Below, in pieces: positions 10,501 through 25,500 of a DNA stretch of 64,000 nt (its first letter is position 1; every line of letters starts with the position of its first letter). The notes under the pieces were generated by a model that ran no database searches, had not been told where the DNA came from, and saw nothing but the letters and a program-made list of their open reading frames with translations. Position numbers and translations under genes: made by a program. The stretch comes from Auanema rhodensis (taxonomy: Eukaryota > Animalia > Nematoda), in assembly GCA_964057225.1 (NCBI GenBank), contig CAXKVF010000073.1, positions 806,001 to 870,000 on the forward strand, in the 5' to 3' direction.

Positions 10501-13500
10501 TTAAAGTTCACGTAAATTTCAAAGTCATGGTTACCATGCACCAATATCAATAAAATTTTGTTTTTAGACTAATATGGACATGGGGAATCTAATTTTGAAA
10601 ACAGCATCTCTTCATCTTTCACGTGAAGCGAGTTACATACCAAGTGCACATCACGTGTACATTTAATTAGCATAAATTAAAGTTCACGTAAATTTCAAAG
10701 TCATGGTTACCATGCACCAATATCAATAAAAATTTGTTTTTAGACTAATATGGACATGGGGAATCTAATTTTGAAAACCGCATCTCTTTATCTTTCACGT
10801 GAAGCGAGTTACATACCAAGTGCACAGCACGTGTACATTTAATTAGCATAAATTAAAGTTCACGTAAATTTCAAAGTCATGGTTACCATGCACCAATATC
10901 AATAAAAATTTGTTTTTAGACTAATATGGACATGGGGAATCTAATTTTGAAAACCGCATCTCTTTATCTTTCACGTGAAGCGAGTTACATACCAAGTGCA
11001 CATCACGTGTACATTTAATTAGCATAAATTAAAGTTCACGTAAATTTCAAAGTCATGGTTACCATGAACCAATATCAATAAAAATTTGTTTTTAGACTAA
11101 TATGGACATGAGGAATCTAATTTTGAAAACCGCATCTCTTTATCTTTCACGTGAAGCGAGTTACATACCAAGTGCACATCACGTGTACATTTAATTAGCA
11201 TAAATTAAAGTTCACGTAAATTTCAAAGTCATGGTTACCATGCACCAATATCAATAAAAATTTGTTTTTAGACTAATATGGACATGGGGAATCTAATTTT
11301 GAAAACCGCATCTCTTTATCTTTCACGTGAAGCGAGTTACATACCTAGTGCACATCACGTGTACATTTAATTAGCATAAATTAAAGTTCACGTAAATTTC
11401 AAAGTCATAGTTACCATGAACCAATATCAATAAAAATTTGTTTTTAGACTAATATGGACATGGGGAATCTAATTTTGAAAACCGCATCTCTTTATCTTTC
11501 ACGTGAAGCGAGTTACATACCAAGTGCACATCACGTGTACATTTAATTAGCATGAATTAAAGTTCACGTAAATTTCAAAGTCATGGTTACCATGCACCAA
11601 TATCAATAAAATTTTGTTTTTAGACTAATATGGACATGGGGAATCTAATTTTGAAAACAGCATCTCTTCATCTTTCACGTGAAGCGAGTTACATACCAAG
11701 TGCACATCACGTGTACATTTAATTAGCATAAATTAAAGTTCACGTAAATTTCAAAGTCATGGTTACCATGCACCAATATCAATAAAAATTTGTTTTTAGA
11801 CTAATATGGACATGGGGAATCTAATTTTGAAAACCGCATCTCTTTATCTTTCACGTGAAGCGAGTTACATACCTAGTGCACATCACGTGTACATTTAATT
11901 AGCATAAATTAAAGTTCACGTAAATTTCAAAGTCATAGTTACCATGAACCAATATCAATAAAAATTTGTTTTTAGACTAATATGGACATGGGGAATCTAA
12001 TTTTGAAAACCGCATCTCTTTATCTTTCACGTGAAGCGAGTTACATACCAAGTGCACATCACGTGTACATTTAATTAGCATGAATTAAAGTTCACGTAAA
12101 TTTCAAAGTCATGGTTACCATGCACCAATATCAATAAAATTTTGTTTTTAGACTAATATGGACATGGGGAATCTAATTTTGAAAACAGCATCTCTTCATC
12201 TTTCACGTGAAGCGAGTTACATACCAAGTGCACATCACGTGTACATTTAATTAGCATAAATTAAAGTTCACGTAAATTTCAAAGTCATGGTTACCATGCA
12301 CCAATATCAATAAAAATTTGTTTTTAGACTAATATGGACATGGGGAATCTAATTTTGAAAACCGCATCTCTTTATCTTTCACGTGAAGCGAGTTACATAC
12401 CAAGTGCACAGCACGTGTACATTTAATTAGCATAAATTAAAGTTCACGTAAATTTCAAAGTCATGGTTACCATGCACCAATATCAATAAAAATTTGTTTT
12501 TAGACTAATATGGACATGGGGAATCTAATTTTGAAAACCGCATCTCTTTATCTTTCACGTGAAGCGAGTTACATACCAAGTGCACATCACGTGTACATTT
12601 AATTAGCATAAATTAAAGTTCACGTAAATTTCAAAGTCATGGTTACCATGAACCAATATCAATAAAAATTTGTTTTTAGACTAATATGGACATGAGGAAT
12701 CTAATTTTGAAAACCGCATCTCTTTATCTTTCACGTGAAGCGAGTTACATACCAAGTGCACATCACGTGTACATTTAATTAGCATAAATTAAAGTTCACG
12801 TAAATTTCAAAGTCATGGTTACCATGCACCAATATCAATAAAAATTTGTTTTTAGACTAATATGGACATGGGGAATCTAATTTTGAAAACCGCATCTCTT
12901 TATCTTTCACGTGAAGCGAGTTACATACCTAGTGCACATCACGTGTACATTTAATTAGCATAAATTAAAGTTCACGTAAATTTCAAAGTCATAGTTACCA
13001 TGAACCAATATCAATAAAAATTTGTTTTTAGACTAATATGGACATGGGGAATCTAATTTTGAAAACCGCATCTCTTTATCTTTCACGTGAAGCGAGTTAC
13101 ATACCAAGTGCACATCACGTGTACATTTAATTAGCATAAATTAAAGTTCACGTAAATTTCAAAGTCATGGTTACCATGAAGCAATATCAATAAAAATTTG
13201 TTTTTAGACTAATATGGACATGGGGAATCTAATTTTGAAAACCGCATCTCTTTATCTTTCACGTGAAGCGAGTTACATACCAAGTGCACATCACGTGTAC
13301 ATTTAATTAGCATAAATTAAAGTTCACGTAAATTTCAAAGTCATGGTTACCATGAACCAATATCAATAAAAATTTGTTTTTAGACTAATATGGACATGGG
13401 GAATCTAATTTTGAAAACCGCATCTCTTTATCTTTCACGTGAAGCGAGTTACATACCAAGTGCACATCACGTGTACATTTAATTAGCATAAATTAAAGTT

Positions 13501-15137
13501 CACGTAAATTTCAAAGTCATGGTTACCATAAACCAATATCAATAAAAATTTGTTTTTAGACTAATATGGACATGGGGAATCTAATTTTGAAAACCGCATC
13601 TCTTTATCTTTCACGTGAAGCGAGTTACATACCAAGTGCACATCACGTGTACATTTAATTAGCATAAATTAAAGTTCACGTAAATTTCAAAGTCATGGTT
13701 ACCATGCACCAATATCAATAAAAATTTGTTTTTAGACTAATATGGACATGGGGAATCTAATTTTGAAAACCGCATCTCTTCATCTTTCACGTGAAGCGAG
13801 TTACATACCAAGTGCACATCACGTGTACATTTAATTAGCATAAATTAAAGTTCACGTAAATTTCAAAGTCATGGTTACCATTCACCAATATCAATAAAAA
13901 TTTGTTTTTAGACTAATATGGACATGGGGAATCTAATTTTGAAAACCGCATCTCTTTATCTTTCACGTGAAGCGAGTTACATACCAAGTGCACATCACGT
14001 GTACATTTAATTAGCATAAATTAAAGTTCACGTAAATTTCAAAGTCATGGTTACCATGAACCAATATCTATAAACATTTGTTTTTAGACTAATATGGACA
14101 TGGGGAATCTAATTTTGAAAACCGCATCTCTTTATCTTTCACGTGAAGCGAGTTACATACCAAGTGCACATCACGTGTACATTTAATTAGCATGAATTAA
14201 AGTTCACGTAAATTTCAAAGTCATGGTTACCATGCACCAATATCAATAAAATTTTGTTTTTAGACTAATATGGACATGGGGAATCTAATTTTGAAAACAG
14301 CATCTCTTCATCTTTCACGTGAAGCGAGTTACATACCAAGTGCACATCACGTGTACATTTAATTAGCATAAATTAAAGTTCACGTAAATTTCAAAGTCAT
14401 GGTTACCATGCACCAATATCAATAAAAATTTGTTTTTAGACTAATATGGACATGGGGAATCTAATTTTGAAAACCGCATCTCTTTATCTTCCACGTGAAG
14501 CGAGTTACATACCAAGTGCACATCACGTGTACATTTAATTAGCATAAATTAAAGTTCACGTAAATTTCAAAGTCATGGTTACCATGCACCAATATCAATA
14601 AAAATTTGTTTTTAGACTAATATGGACATGGGGAATCTAATTTTGAAAACCGCATCTCTTTATCTTTCACGTGAAGCGAGTTACATACCAAGTGCACATC
14701 ACGTGTACATTTAATTAGCATAAATTAAAGTTCACGTAAATTTCAAAGTCATGGTTACCATGAACCAATATCAATAAAAATTTGTTTTTAGACTAATATG
14801 GACATGAGGAATCTAATTTTGAAAACCGCATCTCTTTATCTTTCACGTGAAGCGAGTTACATACCAAGTGCACATCACGTGTACATTTAATTAGCATAAA
14901 TTAAAGTTCACGTAAATTTCAAAGTCATGGTTACCATGCACCAATATCAATAAAAATTTGTTTTTAGACTAATATGGACATGGGAAATCTAATTTTGAAA
15001 ACCGCATCTCTTTATCTTTCACGTGAAGCGAGTTACATACCTAGTGCACATCACGTGTACATTTAATTAGCATAAATTAAAGTTCACGTAAATTTCAAAG
15101 TCATAGTTACCATGAACCAATATCAATAAAATTTTGT
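7570..15137 (+). repeat. Dispersed copies of a 6-monomer cassette at 7570-8625, 10386-11441, 11970-13025 and 14082-15137
   Basis: The order [113G,171T][42A,52C][C][A][22A][81T,144A] is repeated four times. Copies 2 and 3 share 90G (cacagcac). Confidence 0.8.
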
Positions 15138-16017
15138 TTTTAGACTAATATGGACATGGGGAATCTAATTTTGAAAACAGCATCTCTTTATCTTTCACGT
15201 GAAGCGAGTTACATACCAAGTGCACATCACGTGTACATTTAATTAGCATAAATTAAAGTTCACGTAAATTTCAAAGTCATGGTTACCATGCACCAATATC
15301 AATAAAAATTTGTTTTTAGACTAATATGGACATGCGGAATCTAATTTTGGAAACCGCATCTCTTTATCTTTCACGTGAAGCGAGTTACATACCAAGTGCA
15401 CATCACGTGTACATTTAATTAGCATAAATTAAAGTTCACGTAAATTTCAAAGTCATGGTTACCATGCACCAATATCAATAAAAATTTGTTTTTAGACTAA
15501 TATGGACATGGGGAATCTAATTTTGAAAACCGCATCTCTTTATCTTTCACGTGAAGCGAGTTACATACCTAGTGCACATCACGTGTACATTTAATTAGCA
15601 TAAATTAAAGTTCACGTAAATTTCAAAGTCATAGTTACCATGAACCAATATCAATAAAATTTTGTTTTTAGACTAATATGGACATGGGGAATCTAATTTT
15701 GAAAACAGCATCTCTTTATCTTTCACGTGAAGCGAGTTACATACCAAGTGCACATCACGTGTACATTTAATTAGCATAAATTAAAGTTCACGTAAATTTC
15801 AAAGTCATGGTTACCATGCACCAATATCAATAAAAATTTGTTTTTAGACTAATATGGACATGCGGAATCTAATTTTGGAAACCGCATCTCTTTATCTTTC
15901 ACGTGAAGCGAGTTACATACCAAGTGCACATCACGTGTACATTTAATTAGCATAAATTAAAGTTCACGTAAATTTCAAAGTCATGGTTACCATGCACCAA
16001 TATCAATAAAAATTTGT
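14962..16017 (+). repeat. Tandem 3-monomer duplication
   Basis: [81T,144A,171T][42A][22C,37G] occurs at 14962 and 15490. Confidence 0.8.
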
Positions 16018-17777
16018 TTTTAGACTAATATGGACATGGGGAATCTAATTTTGAAAACCGCATCTCTTTATCTTTCACGTGAAGCGAGTTACATACCAAG
16101 TGCACATCACGTGTACATTTAATTAGCATAAATTAAAGTTCACGTAAATTTCAAAGTCATGGTTACCATAAACCAATATCAATAAAAATTTGTTTTTAGA
16201 CTAATATGGACATGGGGAATCTAATTTTGAAAACCGCATCTCTTTATCTTTCACGTGAAGCGAGTTACATACCAAGTGCACATCACGTGTACATTTAATT
16301 AGCATAAATTAAAGTTCACGTAAATTTCAAAGTCATGGTTACCATGCACCAATATCAATAAAAATTTGTTTTTAGACTAATATGAACATGGGGAATCTAA
16401 TTTTGAAAACCGCATCTCTTCATCTTTCACGTGAAGCGAGTTACATACCAAGTGCACATCACGTGTACATTTAATTAGCATAAATTAAAGTTCACGTAAA
16501 TTTCAAAGTCATGGTTACCATTCACCAATATCAATAAAAATTTGTTTTTAGACTAATATGGACATGGGGAATCTAATTATGAAAACCGCATCTCTTTATC
16601 TTTCACGTGAAGCGAGTTACATACCAAGTGCACATCACGTGTACATTTAATTCGCATAAATTAAAGTTCACGTAAATTTCAAAGTCATGGTTACCATGAA
16701 CCAATATCAATAAAAATTTGTTTTTAGACTAATATGGACATGGGGAATCTAATTTTGAAAACCGCATCTCTTTATCTTTCACGTGAAGCGAGTTACATAC
16801 CAAGTGCACATCACGTGTACATTTAATTAGCATAAATTAAAGTTCACGTAAATTTCAAAGTCATGGTTACCATGAAGCAATATCAATAAAAATTTGTTTT
16901 TAGACTAATATGGACATGGGGAATCTAATTTTGAAAACCGCATCTCTTTATCTTTCACGTGAAGCGAGTTACATACCAAGTGCACATCACGTGTACATTT
17001 AATTAGCATAAATTAAAGTTCACGTAAATTTCAAAGTCATGGTTACCATGCACCAATATCAATAAAAATTTGTTTTTAGACTAATATGGACATGGGGGAT
17101 CTAATTTTGAAAACCGCATCTCTTTATCTTTCACGTGAAGCGAGTTACATACCAAGTGCACATCACGTGTACATTTAATTAGCATAAATTAAAGTTCACG
17201 TAAATTTCAAAGTCATGGTTACCATGCACCAATATCAATAAAAATTTGTTTTTAGACTAATATGGACATGGGGAATCTAATTTTGAAAACCGCATCTCTT
17301 TATCTTTCACGTGAAGCGAGTTACATACCAAGTGCACATCACGTGTACATTTAATTAGCATAAATTAAAGTTCACGTAAATTTCAAAGTCATGGTTACCA
17401 TAAACCAATATCAATAAAAATTTGTTTTTAGACTAATATGGACATGGGGAATCTAATTTTGAAAACCGCATCTCTTTATCTTTCACGTGAAGCGAGTTAC
17501 ATACCAAGTGCACATCACGTGTACATTTAATTAGCATAAATTAAAGTTCACGTAAATTTCAAAGTCATGGTTACCATGCACCAATATCAATAAAAATTTG
17601 TTTTTAGACTAATATGGACATGGGGGATCTAATTTTGAAAACCGCATCTCTTTATCTTTCACGTGAAGCGAGTTACATACCAAGTGCACATCACGTGTAC
17701 ATTTAATTAGCATAAATTAAAGTTCACGTAAATTTCAAAGTCATGGTTACCATGAACCAATATCAATAAAAATTTGT

Positions 17778-20593
17778 TTTTAGACTAATATGGACATGGG
17801 GAATCTAATTTTGAAAACCGCATCTCTTTATCTTTCACGTGAAGCGAGTTACATACCAAGTGCACATCACGTGTACATTTAATTAGCATAAATTAAAGTT
17901 CACGTAAATTTCAAAGTCATGGTTACCATGCACCAATATCAATAAAAATTTGTTTTTAGACTAATATGGACATGGGGAATCTAATTTTGAAAACCGCATC
18001 TCTTCATCTTTCACGTGAAGCGAGTTACTTACCAAGTGCACATCACGTGTACATTTAATTAGCATAAATTAAAGTTCACGTAAATTTCAAAGTCATGGTT
18101 ACCATTCACCAATATCAATAAAAATTTGTTTTTAGACTAATATGGACATGGGGAATCTAATTTTGAAAACCGCATCTCTTTATCTTTCACGTGAAGCGAG
18201 TTACATACCAAGTGCACATCACGTGTACATTTAATTCGCATAAATTAAAGTTCACGTAAATTTCAAAGTCATGGTTACCATGAACCAATATCAATAAAAA
18301 TTTGTTTTTAGACTAATATGGACATGGGGAATCTAATTTTGAAAACCGCATCTCTTTATCTTTCACGTGAAGCGAGTTACATACCAAGTGCACATCACGT
18401 GTACATTTAATTAGCATGAATCAAAGTTCACGTAAATTTCAAAGTCATGGTTACCATGCACCAATATCAATAAAATTTTGTTTTTAGACTAATATGGACA
18501 TGGGGAATCTAATTTTGAAAACAGCATCTCTTCATCTTTCACGTGAAGCGAGTTACATACCAAGTGCACATCACGTGTACATTTAATTAGCATAAATTAA
18601 AGTTCACGTAAATTTCAAAGTCATGGTTACCATGCACCAATATCAATGAAAATTTGTTTTTAGACTAATATGGACTTGGGGAATCTAATTTTGGAAACCG
18701 CATCTCTTTATCTTTCACGTGAAGCGAGTTACATACCAAGTGCACATCACGTGTACATTTAATTAGCATGAATTAAAGTTCACGTAAATTTCAAAGTCAT
18801 GGTTACCATGCACCAATATCAATAAAATTTTGTTTTTAGACTAATATGGACATGGGGAATCTAATTTTGAAAACAGCATCTCTTCATCTTTCACGTGAAG
18901 CGAGTTACATACCAAGTGCACATCACGTGTACATTTAATTAGCATAAATTAAAGTTCACGTAAATTTCAAAGTCATGGTTACCATGCACCAATATCAATA
19001 AAAATTTGTTTTTAGACTAATATGGACATGCGGAATCTAATTTTGAAAACCGCATCTCTTTATCTTTCACGTGAAGCGAGTTACATACCAAGTGCACATC
19101 ACGTGTACATTTAATTAGCATAAATTAAAGTTCACGTAAATTTCAAAGTCATGGTTACCATGCACCAATATCAATAAAAATTTGTTTTTAGACTAATATG
19201 GACATGGGGAATCTAATTTTGAAAACCGCATCTCTTTATCTTTCACGTGAAGCGAGTTACATACCAAGTGCACATCACGTGTACATTTAATTAGCATAAA
19301 TTAAAGTTCACGTAAATTTCAAAGTCATGGTTACCATGCACCAATATCAATAAAAATTTGTTTTTAGACTAATATGGACATGGGGAATCTAATTTTGAAA
19401 ACCGCATCTCTTCATCTTTCACGTGAAGCGAGTTACATACCAAGTGCACATCACGTGTACATTTAATTAGCATAAATTAAAGTTCACGTAAATTTCAAAG
19501 TCATGGTTACCATTCACCAATATCAATAAAAATTTGTTTTTAGACTAATATGGACATGGGGAATCTAATTTTGAAAACCGCATCTTTTTATCTTTCACGT
19601 GAAGCGAGTTACATACCAAGTGCACATCACGTGTACATTTAATTCGCATAAATTAAAGTTCACGTAAATTTCAAAGTCATGGTTACCATGAACCAATATC
19701 AATAAAAATTTGTTTTTAGACTAATATGGACATGGGGAATCTAATTTTGAAAACCGCATCTCTTTATCTTTCACGTGAAGCGAGTTACATACCAAGTGCA
19801 CATCACGTGTACATTTAATTAGCATGAATCAAAGTTCACGTAAATTTCAAAGTCATGGTTACCATGCACCAATATCAATAAAATTTTGTTTTTAGACTAA
19901 TATGGACATGGGGAATCTAATTTTGAAAACAGCATCTCTTCATCTTTCACGTGAAGCGAGTTACATACCAAGTGCACATCACGTGTACATTTAATTAGCA
20001 TAAATTAAAGTTCACGTAAATTTCAAAGTCATGGTTACCATGCACCAATATCAATGAAAATTTGTTTTTAGACTAATATGGACTTGGGGAATCTAATTTT
20101 GGAAACCGCATCTCTTTATCTTTCACGTGAAGCGAGTTACATACCAAGTGCACATCACGTGTACATTTAATTAGCATGAATTAAAGTTCACGTAAATTTC
20201 AAAGTCATGGTTACCATGCACCAATATCAATAAAATTTTGTTTTTAGACTAATATGGACATGGGGAATCTAATTTTGAAAACAGCATCTCTTCATCTTTC
20301 ACGTGAAGCGAGTTACATACCAAGTGCACATCACGTGTACATTTAATTAGCATAAATTAAAGTTCACGTAAATTTCAAAGTCATGGTTACCATGCACCAA
20401 TATCAATAAAAATTTGTTTTTAGACTAATATGGACATGCGGAATCTAATTTTGAAAACCGCATCTCTTTATCTTTCACGTGAAGCGAGTTACATACCAAG
20501 TGCACATCACGTGTACATTTAATTAGCATAAATTAAAGTTCACGTAAATTTCAAAGTCATGGTTACCATGCACCAATATCAATAAAAATTTGT
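17778..20593 (+). repeat. Tandem 8-monomer (1408-bp) duplication
   Basis: [C][52C,153T][108C][113G,117C,171T][42A,52C,167G][19T,37G,113G,171T][42A,52C][22C] occurs at 17778 and 19186. Confidence 0.85.
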
Positions 20594-22529
20594 TTTTAGA
20601 CTAATATGGACATGGGGAATCTAATTTTGAAAACCGCATCTCTTTATCTTTCACGTGAAGCGAGTTACATACCAAGTGCACATCACGTGTACATTTAATT
20701 AGCATAAATTAAAGTTCACGTAAATTTCAAAATCATGGTTACCATGAACCAATATCAATAAAAATTTGTTTTTAGACTAATATGGACATGAGGAATCTAA
20801 TTTTGAAAACCGCATCTCTTCATCTTTCACGTGAAGCGAGTTACATACCAAGTGCACATCACGTGTACATTTAATTAGCATAAATTAAAGTTCACGTAAA
20901 TTTCAAAGTCATGGTTACCATGCACGAATATCAATAAAAATTTGTTTTTAGACTAATATGGACATGGGGAATCTAATTTTGAAAACCGCATCTCTTTATC
21001 TTTCACGTGAAGCGAGTTACATACCAAGTGCACATCACGTGTACATTTAATTAGCATAAATTAAAGTTCACGTAAATTTCAAAGTCATGGTTACCATGAA
21101 CCAATATCAATAAAAATTTGTTTTTAGACTAATATGGACATGGGGAATCTAATTTTGAAAACCGCATCTCTTTATCTTTCACGTGAAGCGAGTTACATAC
21201 CAAGTGCACATCACGTGTACATTTAATTAGCATAAATTAAAGTTCACGTAAATTTCAAAGTCATGGTTACCATGCACCAATATCAATAAAAATTTGTTTT
21301 TAGACTAATATGGACATGGGGAATCTAATTTTGAAAACCGCATCTCTTCATCTTTCACGTGAAGCGAGTTACATACCAAGTGCACATCACGTGTACATTT
21401 AATTAGCATAAATTAAAGTTCACGTAAATTTCAAAGTCATGGTTACCATTCACCAATATCAATAAAAATTTGTTTTTAGACTAATATGGACATGGGGAAT
21501 CTAATTTTGAAAACCGCATCTCTTTATCTTTCACGTGAAGCGAGTTACATACCAAGTGCACATCACGTGTATATTTAATTAGCATAAATTAAAGTTCACG
21601 TAAATTTCAAAGTCATGGTTACCATGCACCAATATCAATGAAATTTTGTTTTTAGACTAATATGGACATGGGGAATCTAATTTTGAAAACAGCATCTCTT
21701 CATCTTTCACGTGAAGCGAGTTACATACCAAGTGCACATCACGTGTACATTTAATTAGCATAAATTAAAGTTCACGTAAATTTCAAAGTCATGGTTACCA
21801 TGCACCAATATCAATAAAAATTTGTTTTTAGACTAATATGGACATGGGGAATCTAATTTTGAAAACCGCATCTCTTTATCTTTCACGTGAAGCGAGTTAC
21901 ATACCAAGTGCACATCACGTGTACATTTAACTAGCATAAATTAAAGTTCACGTAAATTTCAAAGTCATGGTTACCATGAAGCAATATCAATAAAAATTTG
22001 TTTTTAGACTAATATGGACATGGGGAATCTAATTTTGAAAACCGCATCTCTTTATCTTTCACGTGAAGAGAGTTACATACCAAGTGCACATCACGTGTAC
22101 ATTTAATTAGCATAAATTAAAGTTCACGTAAATTTCAAAGTCATGGTTACCATGAACCAATATCAATAAAAATTTGTTTTTAGACTAATATGGACATGGG
22201 GAATCTAATTTTGAAAACCGCATCTCTTTATCTTTCACGTGAAGCGAGTTACATACCAAGTGCACATCACGTGTACATTTAATTAGCATAAATTAAAGTT
22301 CACGTAAATTTCAAAGTCATGGTTACCATGCACCAATATCAATAAAAATTTGTTTTTAGACTAATATGGACATGGGGAATCTAATTTTGAAAACCGCATC
22401 TCTTTATCTTTCACGTGAAGCGAGTTACATACCAAGTGCACATCACGTGTACATTTAATTAGCATAAATTAAAGTTCACGTAAATTTCAAAGTCATGGTT
22501 ACCATGAACCAATATCAATAAAAATTTGT

Positions 22530-25500
22530 TTTTAGACTAATTTGGACATGGGGAATCTAATTTTGAAAACCGCATCTCTTTATCTTTCACGTGAAGCGAG
22601 TTACATACCAAGTGCACATCACGTGTACATTTAATTAGCATAAATTAAAGTTCACGTAAATTTCAAAGTCATGGTTACCATGCACCAATATCAATAAAAA
22701 TTTGTTTTTAGACTAATATGGACATGGGGAATCTAATTTTGAAAACCGCATCTCTTTATCTTTCACGTGAAGCGAGTTACATACCAAGTGCACATCACGT
22801 GTACATTTAATTAGCATAAATTAAAGTTCACGTAAATTTCAAAGTCATGGTTTCCATGCACCAATATCAATAAAAATTTGTTTTTAGACTAATATGGACA
22901 TGGGGAATCTAATTTTGAAAACCGCATCTCTTTATCTTTCACGTGAAGCGAGTTACATACCAAGTGCACATCACGTGTACATTTAATTAGCATAAATTAA
23001 AGTTCACGTAAATTTCAAAGTCATGGTTACCATGCACCAATATCAATAAAAATTTGTTTTTAGACTAATATGGACATGAGGAATCTAATTTTGAAAACCG
23101 CATCTCTTCATCTTTCACGTGAAGCGAGTTACATACCAAGTGCACATCACGTGTACATTTAATTAGCATAAATTAAAGTTCACGTAAATTTCAAAGTCAT
23201 GGTTACCATGCACGAATATCAATAAAAATTTGTTTTTAGACTAATATGGACATGGGGAATCTAATTTTGAAAACCGCATCTCTTTATCTTTCACGTGAAG
23301 CGAGTTACATACCAAGTGCACATCACGTGTACATTTAATTAGCATAAATTAAAGTTCACGTAAATTTCAAAGTCATGTTTACCATGCACCAATATCAATA
23401 AAAATTTGTTTTTAGACTAATATGGACATGGGGAATCTAATTTTGAAAACCGCATCTCTTTATCTTTCACGTGAAGCGAGTTACATACCAAGTGCACATC
23501 ACGTGTACATTTAATTAGCATAAATTAAAGTTCACGTAAATTTCAAAGTCATGGTTACCATGAACCAATATCAATAAAAATTTGTTTTTAGACTAATATG
23601 GACATGGGGAATCTAATTTTGAAAACCGCATCTTTTTATCTTTCACGTGAAGCGAGTTACATACCAAGTGCACATCACGTGTACATTTAATTAGCATAAA
23701 TTAAAGTTCACGTAAATTTCAAAGTCATGGTTACCATGCACCAATATCAATAAAAATTTGTTTTTATACTAATATGGACATGGGGAATCTAATTTTGAAA
23801 ACCGCATCTCTTTATCTTTCACGTGAAGCGAGTTACATACCAAGTGCACATCACGTGTACATTTAATTAGCATAAATTAAAGTTCACGTAAATTTCAAAG
23901 TCATGGTTACCATGCACCAATATCAATAAAAATTTGTTTTTAGACTAATATGGACATGGGGAATCTAATTTTGAAAACCGCATCTCTTTATCTTTCACGT
24001 GAAGCGAGTTACATACCAAGTGCACATCACGTGTACATTTAATTAGCATAAATTAAAGTTCACGTAAATTTCAAAGTCATGGTTACCATGCACCAATATC
24101 AATAAAAATTTGTTTTTAGACTAATATGGACATGGGGAATCTAATTTTGAAAACCGCATCTCTTTATCTTTCACGTGAAGCGAGTTACATACCAAGTGCA
24201 CATCACGTGTACATTTAATTAGCATAAATTAAAGTTCACGTAAATTTCAAAGTCATGGTTACCATGAACCAATATCAATAAAAATTTGTTTTTAGACTAA
24301 TATGGACATGGGGAATCTAATTTTGAAAACCGCATCTCTTTATCTTTCACGTGAAGCGAGTTACATACCAAGTGCACATCACGTGTACATTTAATTAGCA
24401 TATATTAAAGTTCACGTAAATTTCAAAGTCATGGTTACCATGCACCAATATCAATAAAAATTTGTTTTTAGACTAATATGGACATGGGGAATCTAATTTT
24501 GAAAACCGCATCTCTTTATCTTTCACCTGAAGCGAGTTACATAACAAGTGCACATCACGTGTACATTTAATTAGCATAAATTAAAGTTCACGTAAATTTC
24601 AAAGTCATGGTTACCATGCACCAATATCAATAAAAATTTGTTTTTAGACTAATATGGACATGGGGAATCTAATTTTGAAAACCGCATCTCTTTATCTTTC
24701 ACGTGAAGCGAGTTACATACCAAGTGCACATCACGTGTACATTTAATTAGCATAAATTAAAGTTCACGTAAATTTCAAAGTCATGGTTACCACGAACCAA
24801 TATCAATAAAAATTTGTTTTTAGACTAATATGGACATGGGGAATCTAATTTTGAAAACCGCATCTCTTTATCTTTCACGTGAAGCGAGTTACATACCAAG
24901 TGCACATCACGTGTACATTTAATTAGCATAAATTAAAGTTCACGTAAATTTCAAAGTCATGGTTACCATGAACCAATATCTATAAACATTTGTTTTTAGA
25001 CTAATATGGACATGGGGAATCTAATTTTGAAAACCGCATCTCTTTATCTTTCACGTGAAGCGAGTTACATACCAAGTGCACATCACGTGTACATTTAATT
25101 AGCATAAATTAAAGTTCACGTAAATTTCAAAGTCATGGTTACCATGAACCAATATCAATAAAAATTTGTTTTTAGACTAATATGGACATGGGGAATCTAA
25201 TTTTGAAAACCGCATCTCTTTATCTTCCACGTGAAGCGAGTTACATACCAAGTGCACATCACGTGTACATTTAATTAGCATAAATTAAAGTTCACGTAAA
25301 TTTCAAAGTCATGGTTACCATGCACCAATATCAATAAAAATTTGTTTTTATACTAATATGGACATGGGGAATCTAATTTTGAAAACCGCATCTCTTTATC
25401 TTTCACGTGAAGCGAGTTACATACCAAGTGCACATCACGTGTACATTTAATTAGCATAAATTAAAGTTCACGTAAATTTCAAAGTCATGGTTACCATGCA

